64,000 nt of DNA. It comes from Octopus bimaculoides. Its lineage: Eukaryota. This document shows positions 1 to 12,515 of the stretch, one piece after another; positions within the stretch are counted from its first letter, which is position 1; the number at the start of each line of letters is the position of its first letter. Location: assembly GCF_001194135.2 (NCBI RefSeq), contig NC_068989.1:8918644-8982643 (forward strand). The letters run 5' to 3'. The notes below the pieces were generated by a model. That model saw only the letters and a program-made list of their open reading frames with translations, did not search any database and was not told the DNA's origin. The position numbers and the translations under genes were made by a program.

Positions 1-197
1 TGTGAGGTGAGGTAGATTATCAAACTCATCATCATCATCAGTATTAACTGACCCCTACTCATATTTGTAGTTTCTCGTCATTTCTCTTCTACTATTATCA
101 TTATCATTGTTCGATCACCATTATCATTGTAATCAGAATATGAACCATAGGAGAGACATTCAAGGAAATGGAGAATTGATACTGGTGTGGTACTTAC

Positions 198-344
198 CAT
201 CGATAATCTTCAGCATTGAGCAGGAAATATGTACAGACAATGGTCACACAAATGGTAACAATGGCAAGGATCAGAAATACCAGTAACATAAAGCCATAGA
301 CATAATAGATCTTATAGGCCCAGAATGATGTGAAGATAAAGTAC
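198..344 (-). CDS. TM9SF3: TM9SF3 coding exon 12 ([49 protein letters not shown]); gene continues left of the window
   Basis: [13 protein letters not shown] motif; CAG acceptor, GTAAGT donor; 147 nt; no stop codon reached in the window. Confidence 0.97.
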
Positions 345-732
345 CTGAAATAGAAAGAGAACTGAGATGCAGCCAATGTTGGAATGTAATGTAAGGTTGA
401 ACATAGCAACCAAGAGGTTCTATGCTGTCTCCTGAGATAGGGGGGGGGGGCAATATTAAAGGCGAGTGGAATGGAGATGTTAACACAGGAAATACAGGTG
501 TTCAAAGGAGACTGGAGGAAGGAGGTCACAAACAGAGAAGAATAGAGAGGGAGAAAAAGACAAGAGATAAAGGAAGAGAATGAGAGAGGAAAGATAAAAT
601 GGTGAGACAGAAAGGCAGAGAGAGATTAAGAAAGCAGAAGGGAGAAAATAGTAAGAAGAGAAAAGACCAGAGAAAATAAGAATTGTAAGGCACAATCAAT
701 GAAGGCATAAAGAGAATGCCAATTTCAAGAGC

Positions 733-771
<39 letters not shown>

Positions 772-839
772 ACGGGCAGGAACAGACATATTAAAAGGAA
801 ACATCTAAAGTCATGGTCAAAGATCAAAGAAAAACTTAC

Positions 840-908
840 ATTTCAATGAAGATGGAACCAAACGGAAGAACTCCACCCAGTATAATGATCACAGCTGGTT
901 CCATAAAC
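840..908 (-). CDS. TM9SF3: TM9SF3 coding exon 11 (FMEPAVIIILGGVLPFGSIFIEM)
   Basis: Hand-translated; GGxLPFGSIFIE motif; CAG acceptor, GTAAGT donor; 69 nt. Confidence 0.96.
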
Positions 909-1094
909 CTGGATAGAAACAATAGCAGGATTGTTATTATAATAATAATAATGATGATGATCATCATCATCATCGTCTAACGTCCGCTTTCCATGCTAGC
1001 ATGGGTTGGACGATTTGACTGAGGACTGGTGAAACCAGATGGCTACACCAGGCTCCAAGTGGAAATAAATTACTATTATCATTATTATTATGTA

Positions 1095-1303
1095 AGGTGA
1101 TGAGCTGGCAGAATCATTAGCATGCTGGACGAAATGCTTAGTGGCATTTCACCAATCACTATGTTCTGAGTTCAAATTCTGCTGAGGTCAACTTTGCCTT
1201 TCATCCTTTCAAGGTTGATATATCAAGTACCAGTAAAACATTGGGGTCGACGTAATCAACTAGTCCCCTTCTACCAAATTTGATGCCTTGAGTCTCCAGT
1301 AGA

Positions 1304-1335
<32 letters not shown>

Positions 1336-1525
1336 AGGTGGCAAGGTAGCAGAATCATTAGCATCTTGAATTCAAATACTGCCAAGGTTGACTTTGCCTT
1401 ACATCCTTTTGGGGTCAATAAATTAAGTACCAGTGAAACACTAGGGTCAATATAATCGACTGGTCCCCTCCCTGCAAATTTTAGGATTTGTGCCTTTAGT
1501 AGAAAGGACTATTATTAATATTATT
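1095..1525 (+). mobile_element. Two tandem tRNA-derived SINE copies (family A)
   Basis: Head GAGCTGGCAGAA (A-box-like) ... GAGTTCAAATT (B-box-like), body TGGGGTCGATGTAATC, (ATT)n tail. Related copies at ~7308-7520, 23395-23590, 38208-38435, 39921-40135, 44102-44275, 54420-54740, 55742-55910. Confidence 0.8.
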
Positions 1526-2312
1526 AGGGCAGTAAGCTGGCTGAATCTTTAGCATGCTTGTACATGCTACATAACCACGTCTGCACCTGGTTTTATAAAC
1601 TCTGTACATACTAATGAAGCATCTGTAATATCATCATCATTTAACATCTATTTGCCATGCTGGCAGGGATTGGATGGCTTGACAAGAGCTGACAAGGCCT
1701 GTAGCTGCTCCTGGTTCCATAGTCTGTTTTGGTCTGGTTTCTACAGCTGGATGCCCTTCCTAATGCCAGCCACTTTACAGTGTAGACTGGATGCTTTGGC
1801 ACCAGCATCAGTGCTTTTTATATGGCACTGTCATGATTATAACTATTTTATTTTTCAAAATTAGCTTTTGCAAAGACATGTGACATTTCTACCATTGGTA
1901 ATACAGGAGAAATGGAAAGGCGCCAACTGAAATCAGAATGCTAACTGAACTTGTCAAAGGTTTACCCCAGCTCTTTAGGACTTCCTATTTTTATGAATCA
2001 AAACAGGAAATGGCAGAGATACACATTTTCCTGACTCGAGTCAATAAAGTTACTGATTTCAGTTAATATTCTGCCTACAATGTCGGGTCGTCAGTGACTC
2101 CCCACATTCTTAACATGGCACAAAATAGGCTTGGTAAACCAGGTGTTAGAGGTATGATGCAGTTATGGTAACAAGATTTGAATCGACATCCATTTTTTTC
2201 CCCACTAACCCAGCACCTGAATCACTGAGTTTGCAAATACCTACATTGAATAAAAAAATGTTTTTAAATAAATAAGAAACTAAGTTTTTAATTTGGAGCA
2301 TGGTTTACTTAC

Positions 2313-2452
2313 CATTTCTTCTCTGGAATTGGTCTCGGCACAGCATTGATACGGCAAGGATAGTTGGGCTGTCCAGCTAAGTTCCTCCCAAGAACAGTCC
2401 CGACCAAAGTCAATGGTAAAATGACAAACAAGCAAATGCATGTTATAGCAAC
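2313..2452 (-). CDS. TM9SF3: TM9SF3 coding exon 10 ([47 protein letters not shown])
   Basis: [16 protein letters not shown] motif; CAG acceptor, GTAAGT donor; 140 nt. Confidence 0.97.
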
Positions 2453-2967
2453 CTGCCAATACAAAATAAAGTAATATATGTAATGTATGTAAAGGGATGG
2501 AAGCAGAAAGAAATAGCTATAAAGAGAGGGAGGAAGAAACAGAGGGAAAGAGAGAGAGAATGACTCATTCATGTGGTGGTGGAATCCAAACACCCTCAGT
2601 GAATGGATGGTTCTAAATTCCATAAGTACGCATGCATGCTGGAGATACCAAAAACAGTGTAGCATGAACAGACAGTCATAGAAGTCGTTTGAAAGGGGCC
2701 GGATTCTAACAAGCGATGCAGACAAGTGCATTCGCAACAAAGAAAGGCTGCCGTGTTCCATGACTTTGGTGTCAACCAAATCCACTTTTCTTTACATTTT
2801 CAAAATGCATAGAGATGACTAATTCATCACCGATTTGTTTATCAATGTGTATTTTGGAGGCTATCCTCCATGGTAAATGAGGATAGATATACAGTGTTAT
2901 TAGAGCAATCAGTAAGTGGACAGAAAGGAAAAGGAAAGACTAAAAACAGAGAAATGATATGACTTAC

Positions 2968-3098
2968 CATAGTGCCAAATGGAATTGCTCTGGATGCATG
3001 GTAATAAATGGCTATGAAGTTGATGAAAAAGGCTGTACCACACACCAAAATAGGGAGGAGAAAGGCACTAAGCATCATTTGCTTGATCCATACTTTAC
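2968..3098 (-). CDS. TM9SF3: TM9SF3 coding exon 9 ([43 protein letters not shown])
   Basis: [19 protein letters not shown] motif; TAG acceptor, GTAAGT donor; 131 nt. Confidence 0.97.
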
Positions 3099-3253
3099 CT
3101 AAAAGAAAATAGTTAACGATATAGTAATGTTATCAGTCCGAATAAGCTCCCTCAACAAATCACAGAAATTTAGTTTGATTAATTTACTACAAATGCTAGT
3201 CAAAAGGATGATTAAAAAAAAAAAACAAGAATGTAAATCAGTGAGGGATACAA

Positions 3254-3875
3254 ATTATCCTAGTATTGCCAGTGCCCCTGGACTGGCTTGTGCGGGTGGC
3301 ACATAAAAGACACCATTTCGAGCGTGGCCGTTGCCAATATCGCCTGACTGGCCTTCGTGCAGGTGACACGTAAAAGCACCTACTACACTCTCTGAGTGGT
3401 TGGCATTAGGAAGGGCATCCAGCTGTAGAAACTCTGCCAAATTTAGATTGGAGGCTGGTGTTGCCATCCGGTTTCACCAGTCCTCAGTCAAATCGTCCAA
3501 CCCATGCTAGCATGGAAAGCGGATGTTAAACGATGATGATGATGAAGGCTTTATTTAGTTGTTTTATGTAATTTCAACATCCAAACGTGGCCAATGCCAG
3601 TACTCACTGACTGGCTCTTGTGCTGGTGGCACATAAAAAACACAATCCAAACATGACCAATGCCCGGCTCGCCTGACTGGCTCCTGTGCCGGTGAAACGT
3701 AAAAAGCACACACTACACTCTCGGAGTGGTTGGCTTTGGGAAGGGCATCCAGCTGTAGAAACATTGCCAGATCAGATTGGAGCCTAATGCTGTCGCTGGC
3801 TCTCCAGACCTCAGTCAAACCGTCCGAGCCATGCCAGCATGGAAAACAGACATTAAACGATGATGATGATGATGA
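3254..3875 (+). mobile_element. Two RTE-type LINE 3' end fragments with (GAT)n tails
   Basis: End in CCATGCYAGCATGG stem-loop + (GAT)n, same as the 3' UTR of the LINE at 45140-46260. Other copies at ~961-1058, 1620-1830, 5820-6060, 7620-7810, 9300-9520, 9780-10250, 14000-14280, 37680-37950, 46515-46690, 49267-49435, 51120-51330, 51460-51620. Confidence 0.8.
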
Positions 3876-4566
3876 CTGAGTTGCTAGAATAGAGTTGTTA
3901 GAACAGGGTAGATAATAAGAAATAAGGAAGTTAGAAGGTGTGCCAATAGTTTCTGACAGCTGTTTCAAGAACAGATGCACAAATGGTGCACTTCCCAGCA
4001 AACAAAGATAAGATATTCATATAGCAGCAGTCTATACCATCTTCAGAAAGAAGAAATAAGGCAGTTCCTCAATCACTTTACAGAGTGTATTGTATGCTTT
4101 TTACATAACACCATCACCAGAGCTTTTACGTGGTGCCATCACCAGTGCTTTTTACACAGCACCATCACTAGTGCATTTAACGTGATGTCAGCACCAGAGC
4201 TTTTTACGCAGCACCATCACCAATGCTTCTAACATGGCATCATCACCAATGCTTCTAACATAGCACCATCACTTGTGCGTTTAACGTGATGCCAACATCA
4301 GAGTTTTTTATGTGACACCAGCACCGACAAGGTGATTAAGTACCTTACAAAAGATAAAAACCCCTCAACTGGAGAGTTTTGTCTTGCAAATAATTCTAAG
4401 TTTTTTCGCATTCAATTTTACATAACCATAAATACATTACTTAGAAGATCCCTCACTGATGCGTAAACTAGAAGTAGTTTTGAAGGGGGAAGAAAGAAAT
4501 AAAAGAAATGAGCAAAGGACGCATGAAGAAAATAAGAAATCATAGCGCATGGAATCTATGTATTAC

Positions 4567-4661
4567 CTCCCATACGAGCATAAAGACTGCCACCAAAATA
4601 GCCATTTACAGGAGCTGTGGCAGCATATACAAATATAGCAGTACTCAGCAGAGATCCTCGC
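4567..4661 (-). CDS. TM9SF3: TM9SF3 coding exon 8 ([32 protein letters not shown])
   Basis: Hand-translated; [11 protein letters not shown] motif; CAG acceptor, GTAATA donor; 95 nt. Confidence 0.96.
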
Positions 4662-4971
4662 CTGCAGAGAGAAAAAGAGAAGTAAAGATAAGACAATTCA
4701 GAAAACAATTTATTTTATAAAAACAAATATAGTTGAATAGTCTGGCAACAAAATAGTGTCAAAAATGGATTTTGTTTATCAGTCTAGCAATATGAGAAAT
4801 GTGACATGTGTTTGTAAGAACCGGCTAACAATGTGTTACATCTCTATAGTCCAGTTATGGGCCTTTTATTTTGACATTGGTACGTGATTGCCCATATGTT
4901 ACCATGTACAATAAATCAATTCAAAATAACTATGATAATGTACAACAGAAGAGAAATGACAAACTACTCAC

Positions 4972-5138
4972 TCAGTGTAAAGTTCTCCCAAAATGGCAAA
5001 CGAGATAACACAAGTAGCAACGACCCCTATGTGGTAACCTGTGCCGACCAATGCTGAAAACAACATTGGATGGGAAGCTGGACGGAATACATCCCCATGG
5101 ACCTGTTTCCAACCATACTCATCACCAAGATCTTTCTC
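4972..5138 (-). CDS. TM9SF3: TM9SF3 coding exon 7 ([56 protein letters not shown])
   Basis: Hand-translated; nonaspanin [12 protein letters not shown] motif; TAG acceptor, GTGAGT donor; 167 nt. Confidence 0.97.
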
Positions 5139-5344
5139 CTAAAAATCAAGAAGAAACATTAACAATAAAACAACCATCATTCTAAGATCATATTGAAGGT
5201 CCCTACGTGAAATACCAGTTTACTCTTGAGTTTACCCCTGGATCAGTTCCAAGCACAGCAGTTATTACACAAGCATGAATTACAAACATAAATTACAACT
5301 GGATACAAAATTGTTTAGTGCATCAACATCAGTGACAACTCATC

Positions 5345-5716
5345 TCTTCTTCTTAGCTCATTTATTCCTGGAAGGGTCATGGGGGCAGAGTCCTCCAGTA
5401 TGCCTGTTAGAAGCAACTGCTCCCCAAGTGAGACCAATCAAGCTCATGGACGCTATCCAATGATCTAGCTAGTGATCTACCCCTAGGTCTCTTGCAGGTT
5501 GGTTTTGCTGTTAAAACTTGTCTAGCAATTCTTTCCCTCCTGAGACAGCCTTACCACATGTCTGTAGTACAGGAGTTGTGATCTCTCAATTCGGAGAAGC
5601 AGTGGCTCTGCCTGGAGTGCCTCTCTGATCTTCAAACTCCACACCCTATCAAGTAACTTTACTCCAAAGACCCTTTGGAGGAACCCCTTCTCAGCGGCTA
5701 TAATTCTCTCCTGCAA
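5345..5716 (-). mobile_element. Degenerate RTE-clade LINE ORF C-terminal fragment
   Basis: RIIAAEKGFLQRV...EPLLLRIERSQLLYYRHVVRL then KRPRGRS resembles the RTE C-terminus pattern RIQAAEMxFLRR...LLLxIERSQLRWFGHxxRM...RPRGRP. Confidence 0.7.
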
Positions 5717-6659
5717 TAATTAGCCAACGCTTTTGACATTCAAACACTCCGACAATACCTGCCCATGTACTTATTTAATCTGTCTCTAAAATCTCTCTAA
5801 GTAAATTTAATTTGGTTTTGAATTCTTCAACCATCATCCGTTTTCCATGCTGGCATGGGTTGGACAGTTTGACAGGAGCTGGCAAGCCAGAGGACTGAAC
5901 CAGACCCCAATCATATGTTTTGGCATAGTTTCTACAGCTGGAATCCATTCCTAATGCCAACCACTTTACAGAGTGTACTGGGTGCTTTTTATGAGGCACA
6001 AACATGGCTGCTCTTTACGTGGCACCAGCACAGGTGCTTCATACGTGGAGCCAACACAAGTACTTTTTACAAGGTGTCAGTATGTAATGGAGAATAAAAT
6101 ATCAAACTCAAGCAATCTGTTCTATTTAACAATAGCTTTCTGCTTAACTCTTCTTCTCTATCTCACACCGTAACCCCTTGCCACGAAAGATTGATTTACA
6201 AATTCATACATTTCAACAAGGACAAATTAGGTAACTATCAAAAACCTCACTAACACGACGTTGAATATATTCCAACTAGGTCACAGTTTCTATCAATAGT
6301 ACAAAACCAGGAGAAACTTTAAGATCCTGATAGTTGACAAAACATTTATTTACTATAACTGTTTTGCTAACAGCAGATGTGTCTATTTGCAAAACTACAG
6401 ATGGTCTGGAGTTGTCATGTTGGCATCAATAAACTATCCCACATGGTACATAAAACATAGTCAAACTCAGTAGACGTAAAGCTAACTAAGAGCACGATCA
6501 GTATTGGGTAAAAATCACAAACATGAAGGGCAACAGCTGCTCGGTTTTTCTTTTCCTCTACCTTTCTAAACTAGTTAGCTGCGCTGCATACCCTCATCAG
6601 AGACTCACCTGGCCCGGCTTGGCAAGCATTTAAGCTGAACCTCAACCAGTCTGAGAAGG

Positions 6660-7020
6660 AATACAAAAGGAGGGAGGGGGAGAAAAGGAGGGGGATAGAN
6701 NNNNNNNNNNNNNNNNNNNNNNNNNNNNNNNNNNNNNNNNNNNNNNNNNNNNNNNNNNNNNNNNNNNNNNNNNNNNNNNNNNNNNNNNNNNNNNNNNNNN
6801 NNNNNNNNNNNNNNNNNNNNNNNNNNNNNNNNNNNNNNNNNNNNNNNNNNNNNNNNNNNNNNNNNNNNNNNNNNNNNNNNNNNNGGGGATGGGTGGGGAA
6901 GGAAAGTGGTAGAGGAGGGAAGGAGACAGGAAGGAGACAGGAAGGAGACAGGAAGGAAAGAAGGAGGGAAGAAAGGAGGGAAGGAAAGAAAGAAGGAAGG
7001 AGGGAAGAACAAATGAACAA
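6660..7020. repeat. (GGAA/GGAG)n polypurine simple repeat spanning an assembly gap (N 6700-6884)
   Basis: Direct inspection. Confidence 0.9.
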
Positions 7021-8429
7021 AGGAAAACTAGGGCGATGGAGGTGGTGAATGTAATTCTTTTCAAACCACCAAAAGTTACCAGCTTGTTCCTTCCAGTCTA
7101 AACTAGCTCTTCCAGAGGAAGGAATGAGGCTGCTGTTCTAAAAGAGGTCAAATGAAGAGAAGCTCAAGCCTCTTCATACAGATCTATAAACAACTGGTGC
7201 CCCAGCATGATCGGTGGTGCCCCAGTATGACCATAGCTTTAAAGCTGAAACAGGTTAAAGAGTTAATTGCAGCAGGTAGATCCCTAGTTGAACATACATA
7301 CCTATAAGGCGGTGAGCTGGCAGAAATGTTAACGTGTCGGGCAAAATGCTTAGCAGTATTTCGTCTGCCGTTACGTTCTGAGTTCAAATTCCGCCGAGGT
7401 CGACTTTGCCTTTCATCCTTTCAGGGCTGATAAATTAAGTACCAGTCACGTACTGGGGTTGATCTAGTCGAATAGCCCCCTGCCAAAAAGTTTCGGGTCT
7501 TGTGCATAGAGTAGAAAAGAACATATATACCCATACAACTAGATCCAGAAACTCTGTGCACCAATGAAGCAGACAAGAGAGAGACAGCATCTCAACATTG
7601 ACAAAGAAGAGATAAATCACCATCATCATTTAATGTCTGTTGTCCATGCTGGCATGGGTTGGACAGTTTGACCAAAGCTGGCAAACTGGAAGGCTGCACC
7701 AGACTCCAGTCTGATTTGGCATGGTTTTTTACGGCTGGATGCCCCTCCTAATGCCAACCACTCTGAGAGTGTAATTGGTGCTTCTACATGCCATTTGTGT
7801 GACACTGGTGTGCGTTTACGTGTCACTGGCACAAGTGCCAATTTGTGTGACACCGGTATCTGCCACGACTAAGATTTTGCTCAGCTTGATGGGTCTTCTT
7901 CTCAAGCATACAGTTTCCATCTACCAAATTCACTCACATGGTTTTGGTTGGCCTGAAGCTATAGCAGAAGTCACCTGCCCAAGGTGCAACACAGTGGGAC
8001 TGAACCTGGAACCATATGGTTAAGAAGCTTCTTATCACACAGCCAAGACCTTCGAGAGTTAGTTGAATGAGGGCAGTGATCATTATAGTAATAAGATACT
8101 AGTGTAAAATTTTGGGGCTTTACTTTAGTTGGAAGAGCAGTGATACTGACTTTTGCAGACTCGTCCAGAACAACACTGATCATAAAGACATATTATGACA
8201 GGTAAAGAAAAAATATATAAATTAAAATGAGAATATCTGAAAAGAACTCAACAGCTCTCTCAAACGAGAATATAGATTGGTGTGTAAAATTATGAATATA
8301 TGTGAGTATACTGTAAGGTGTTAATATGCATGTATAATACATAATATAAGGGAGGTAATCAGAGAAAGACTTGAAAGTGCATGTAAGATCGTAATGCTTC
8401 AGGTGAAGTGAAGTAAATGTAACAAGTAC

Positions 8430-8614
8430 CAGAATCCTTGTCCAGTACCGGATCGATCCCAAAATCTAACCAGCTCTTGCTAGTCACGAGGCCAAACATC
8501 CCTGAAAATTACATCTGAATCCATCCAGTGGTTCTTGAGATATTGTGTCCACGGACAGACAAAGAAACAAACACAACTGAAAACAATACCTCCGCCTTTG
8601 CTAAGGCAGAGGTA
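8430..8614 (-). mobile_element. Non-autonomous element with terminal hairpin TACCTCCGCCTT-N4-AAGGCAGAGGTA (Helentron-associated/HINE-like)
   Basis: 12-bp inverted repeat (1 mismatch) at 8587-8614; a related copy on + at ~27095-27330 shares TTATTACCTCCGCCTTAG and GATTTTGGGATC. Family assignment from recalled architecture. Confidence 0.5.
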
Positions 8615-8657
8615 ATTAATAAATAAATAAATAAATAAATAAATAAATGATGCTTAC

Positions 8658-8789
8658 CATGTCATCAAGATCTTCTTCACGGCTGTAACGAGCATAATCT
8701 TTACGTAAGGTCCTCATAAGGATCATACTGACAAGGCCAACCAAAAAGATCACCATCATGAAAGAATTGAAGATACTGAACCAATGAAT
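8658..8789 (-). CDS. TM9SF3: TM9SF3 coding exon 6 ([44 protein letters not shown])
   Basis: Hand-translated; first TM helix IHWFSIFNS...[10 protein letters not shown]; TAG acceptor, GTAAGC donor; 132 nt. Confidence 0.97.
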
Positions 8790-9079
8790 CTAAATAGAGA
8801 AAAGCAAAATTATACTTTTAATGAATTATAGATGGTGGGTGGAGATGGACAGACAGACAGACTAGAGTGTAATAATATTCACAGAGGACACAAAGAAATA
8901 CAGAGCTTGACAGGTAAACAACAAAACCTTATTGTCTCAAGTCCAGGGACTCGTAGGGACAGTTCCCTGATTTTCATGGCTTATAAGAGACCAAAATCAC
9001 AACATTCTCTCTAAATAGGACAACAGTCTGTCGCAGAGTTATGCATTTATATCTGAGTGGAGTGGAGCGACATGAAATG

Positions 9080-9297
9080 AAGTAAGGAATAAAAAGTTTT
9101 GAATGGTACAACAATGCACTATAATACAAAAAATGGACTGTATACCTGTAATTTAGTTATCCATAGTCTGATATTTCGGAATACAATTCCTTCTTCAGAT
9201 ATTCTTAGATGGAGTCGCTGGAAAACTGATTATAGCAACAACTCCATCTAAGAATATCTGAAGAAGGAATTGTATTCCAAAATATCATCAGACTATG
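9080..9297. mobile_element. Penelope-like fold-back fragment with hammerhead-like core (family E)
   Basis: Arms 9162-9215 and 9241-9297 are inverted; CTGAAGA-A-GGAA..TTCC-GAAA core; homologous to 44660-44910. Confidence 0.55.
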
Positions 9298-10397
9298 TAA
9301 AGACATTTGAGCGAGATCGTTGCCAGTGCCGCTGAACTGGCTCCTGTGCAGGTGGCACGTAAAATACTATTTTGAGCGTGGCCGTTGCCAGTACCATCTG
9401 ACTGGCCTTCGTGCAGATGGTACTGGCAACGGCCACGCTCAAAATGGTATTTTACGTGCCACCTGCACAGGAGCCAGTTCAGCGGCACTGGCAACGATCT
9501 CGTAGATTTTCAATGTCGGATGCCCTTCCTGTCAGCACCCGTCACCAGTTTCCAGGTAAGGTAATATTTCCTCACAGCCAGACATATTTTTGTGGAAGAT
9601 TGGAAATGAACATTGCTTGCATAATGGTGATGCTTGTTTACAACCATCAGGTGATGTCAAGATAAACACACAAAGTAGAAGACACTTGCCCAAGGTGCCA
9701 TGCAGTGGAATTGGACCCAAGGCCACATGGTTAGAAAGCAAGCTCCTTAACTATTACATAGTCACACCTGTGCACCATCATCATCATCATCATCGTTTAA
9801 TGTCTGCTTTCCATGCTGGCATGAGTTGAACAGTTTGACTAAGGACTGGCAAGCCAGGAAGCTGCACCAGGCTCCAATCTGATCTGGCAAGGTTTCTACA
9901 GCTGGATGCCTTTCCTAATGCCAACCACTCCAAGACTGTAGTGGGTGCTTTTTACATGCTGCTAACACAGGGGCCAGTCAGGTGGCACTGACATCAACCA
10001 CGCTCAAATGTTGCTTTTTACATGCCACCAAGCATGGGTGCCAGTCAGGCAGCAATGGCATCGGCCATGACTATGATTTCACTTGACTCAACAGGTCTTC
10101 TCAAGCACAACATATTACCCAACGATTGAAGGGTACTTCTAAACAGGCCAGTTATACGACACTGGCATCGGTCACGGCTACAATCTCACTTGGCTTGCCA
10201 GGTCTTCTCAAGCACGGCATATCCCCAAAGGTTTTGGTCGTTTGTCAAGCACAAAATAATTCCTCTCGTTCAAACAATTAAATCATTAAAACACAATATA
10301 AATCACAGTCAAAAAAATCTGAAAATGAAAAGCAAAAGACCCACTTATACAAAATGGGTTGAGAAGTAACAAAATAATAGAATTAAAAGAAACTTAC

Positions 10398-10475
10398 TCG
10401 ATGTTGGAAAAAGCTGGGATCCAAGTATTTATCAAACCTATCTGCAAACTTAATGGATGATGGGATCCATTTTAC
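10398..10475 (-). CDS. TM9SF3: TM9SF3 coding exon 5 ([26 protein letters not shown])
   Basis: [14 protein letters not shown] motif; CAG acceptor, GTAAGT donor; 78 nt. Confidence 0.97.
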
Positions 10476-10967
10476 CTGGGATGAAAGCAAAATGGAAATC
10501 ATTAAGAGACACAAAATGAAACAATTCAACACAAGGCTATTCATTACAAGTAAATATGTAACCAAGCTGTACAATCAAAGTGTATGAGTGTACATCTACA
10601 CTTTTTGTCATAGCAACAACTTTATGGCTCACTAGATGAGATTCAGAGCACATTCATTCAGTATACAACATTAGCAATAAGTAATCTCAGTGATATAGAG
10701 AGGAGTTAAGCTGGAAGCCAGGAGGAGAAGGTGAGCAGTGATTTGGCCACCTCTGCTGACCCACCAACAGGAGGCTGTTATGGTTTAGGGTCGAAACACC
10801 AAATGATCATTGTATACCGTTTGATGACATCAGTTCCTCCTAACCAAAACCCCACTTACTTCATTGAGTGGAAAAGTAACACCTTCTAAATATTATCTCT
10901 TAGTATCAATACTGATGCTAATACATATTTATTTTAGAAATAGGAAGATGTAACAACTTGGCCTTAC

Positions 10968-11128
10968 CTGGTAAGTGAAGGTTAACTTAATCTTAGGTTC
11001 AAGCTTCACCTTTGACTCGCTCGTCAGGTTTACATCAACTATTTGTTTCCCATTGTAGCCAATGTCAAACTTCTTGTGTGTCCAGATGTAATAGGTTTCA
11101 CCACCTTCACCAATCTCTCCAACAATAC
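10968..11128 (-). CDS. TM9SF3: TM9SF3 coding exon 4 ([54 protein letters not shown])
   Basis: Hand-translated, not in the ORF track; IVDVNLTSE motif; TAG acceptor, GTAAGG donor; 161 nt, phases fit. Confidence 0.96.
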
Positions 11129-12472
11129 CTAGGAGTAGAACAGTTGAGCATTAAAGAGAATTACCTGAAAACCGTTGCTGAATATCATCATCATCATCAT
11201 CGTAACATTTAAATTAGAAACGGAGCAAGAGTGTTTACAAAGTCACTCAGCATGTTAGAAATGGCAGCTAAATCACCAGTAAATCACACACCCTACCATC
11301 TGAGAATGAAAAGATTCATTGGCTGTCTGGAAAAGTAAGGGGGGACCCTTTCTTTTAGCATTTTTTACTTGTTTCTGTTATTGGGATGTGACAGTGCCAG
11401 AGGACAGCCTTAAAGGGTTTTAGTTGAACAAATCGACCCCTGTAATTATTTGTCTCTATTTAAGTCTGATGCTTATTCAAACGGTCTCTTTTGCCAAACG
11501 GATAAGACACAGTGATGCAAACAAACCATCAGCAGTTCTCAAGCAGTGGAGGAAGGAAAAACACACACATACAACACAGGCTTCCATACAGTTTCTGCCA
11601 ACCAAATTCACTCACCAGGCTCACCAGGCAATGGTCAGGCCAGGGATATAATAGAAGGCACTTGCTTAAGGTAAGATGCTATGCAGTTGGACTGAACCCA
11701 AAACCACATGGTTGCAAAGTGAGCTTCTTAACCACTCAACCATGCCTGTGTCAATGGCTGCAATGTCACTGATCATGAAGCCAACCCATCAGGACTGACC
11801 TGGGGTTAACAAAACTATCATAGTAAGCTGAAATTTGAACTTAATTGTTTTCTTTGGCTAAACATGGATTTGTTGGCAACCCACTTAAAAGATTTCAGAG
11901 AACAGCTGCCAACTTCAGATTCAATAAAAACAAAATTTTCTTCCTAATATATCAGTTTCCATTTCCATCTTGAAACCCTGTCGGATTAAACTAATCCCCA
12001 ACATATCAGATAACAACCGAAAAAAGGAGAGGGGAAAATTTGAAGGGAAAGAAATTAAAATACATGAATACANNNNNNNNNNNNNNNNNNNNNNNNNNNN
12101 NNNNNNNNNNNNNNNNNNNNNNNNNNNNNNNNNNNNNNNNNNNNNNNNNNNNNNNNNNNNNNNNNNNNNNNNNNNNNNNNNNNNNNNNNNNNNNNNNNNN
12201 NNNNNNNNNNNNNNNNNNNNNNNNNNNNNNNNNNNNNNNNNNNNNNNNNNNNNNNNNNNNNNNNNNNNNNNNNNNNNNNNNNNNNNNNNNNNNNNNNNNN
12301 NNNNNNNNNNNNNNNNNNNNNNNNNNNNNNNNNNNNNNNNNNNNNNNNNNNNNNNNNNNNNNNNNNNNNNNNNNNNNNNNNNNNNNNNNNNNNNNNNNNN
12401 NNNNNNNNNNNNNNNNNNNNNNNATTAATATTCTAAATGAATAACCAATTAACAATAGAATTGAACAAGAAA

Positions 12473-12515
<43 letters not shown>

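Noticed and set aside
3090-3101. AG|GT at several exon starts as recursive splice sites
   Set aside because: Explained by conserved Gly/Val codons; the introns are short and the donor match is imperfect.
6590-6610. CTGATGAG on the minus strand
   Set aside because: No stem II or GAAA follows; the site is better explained as a splice-donor flank.
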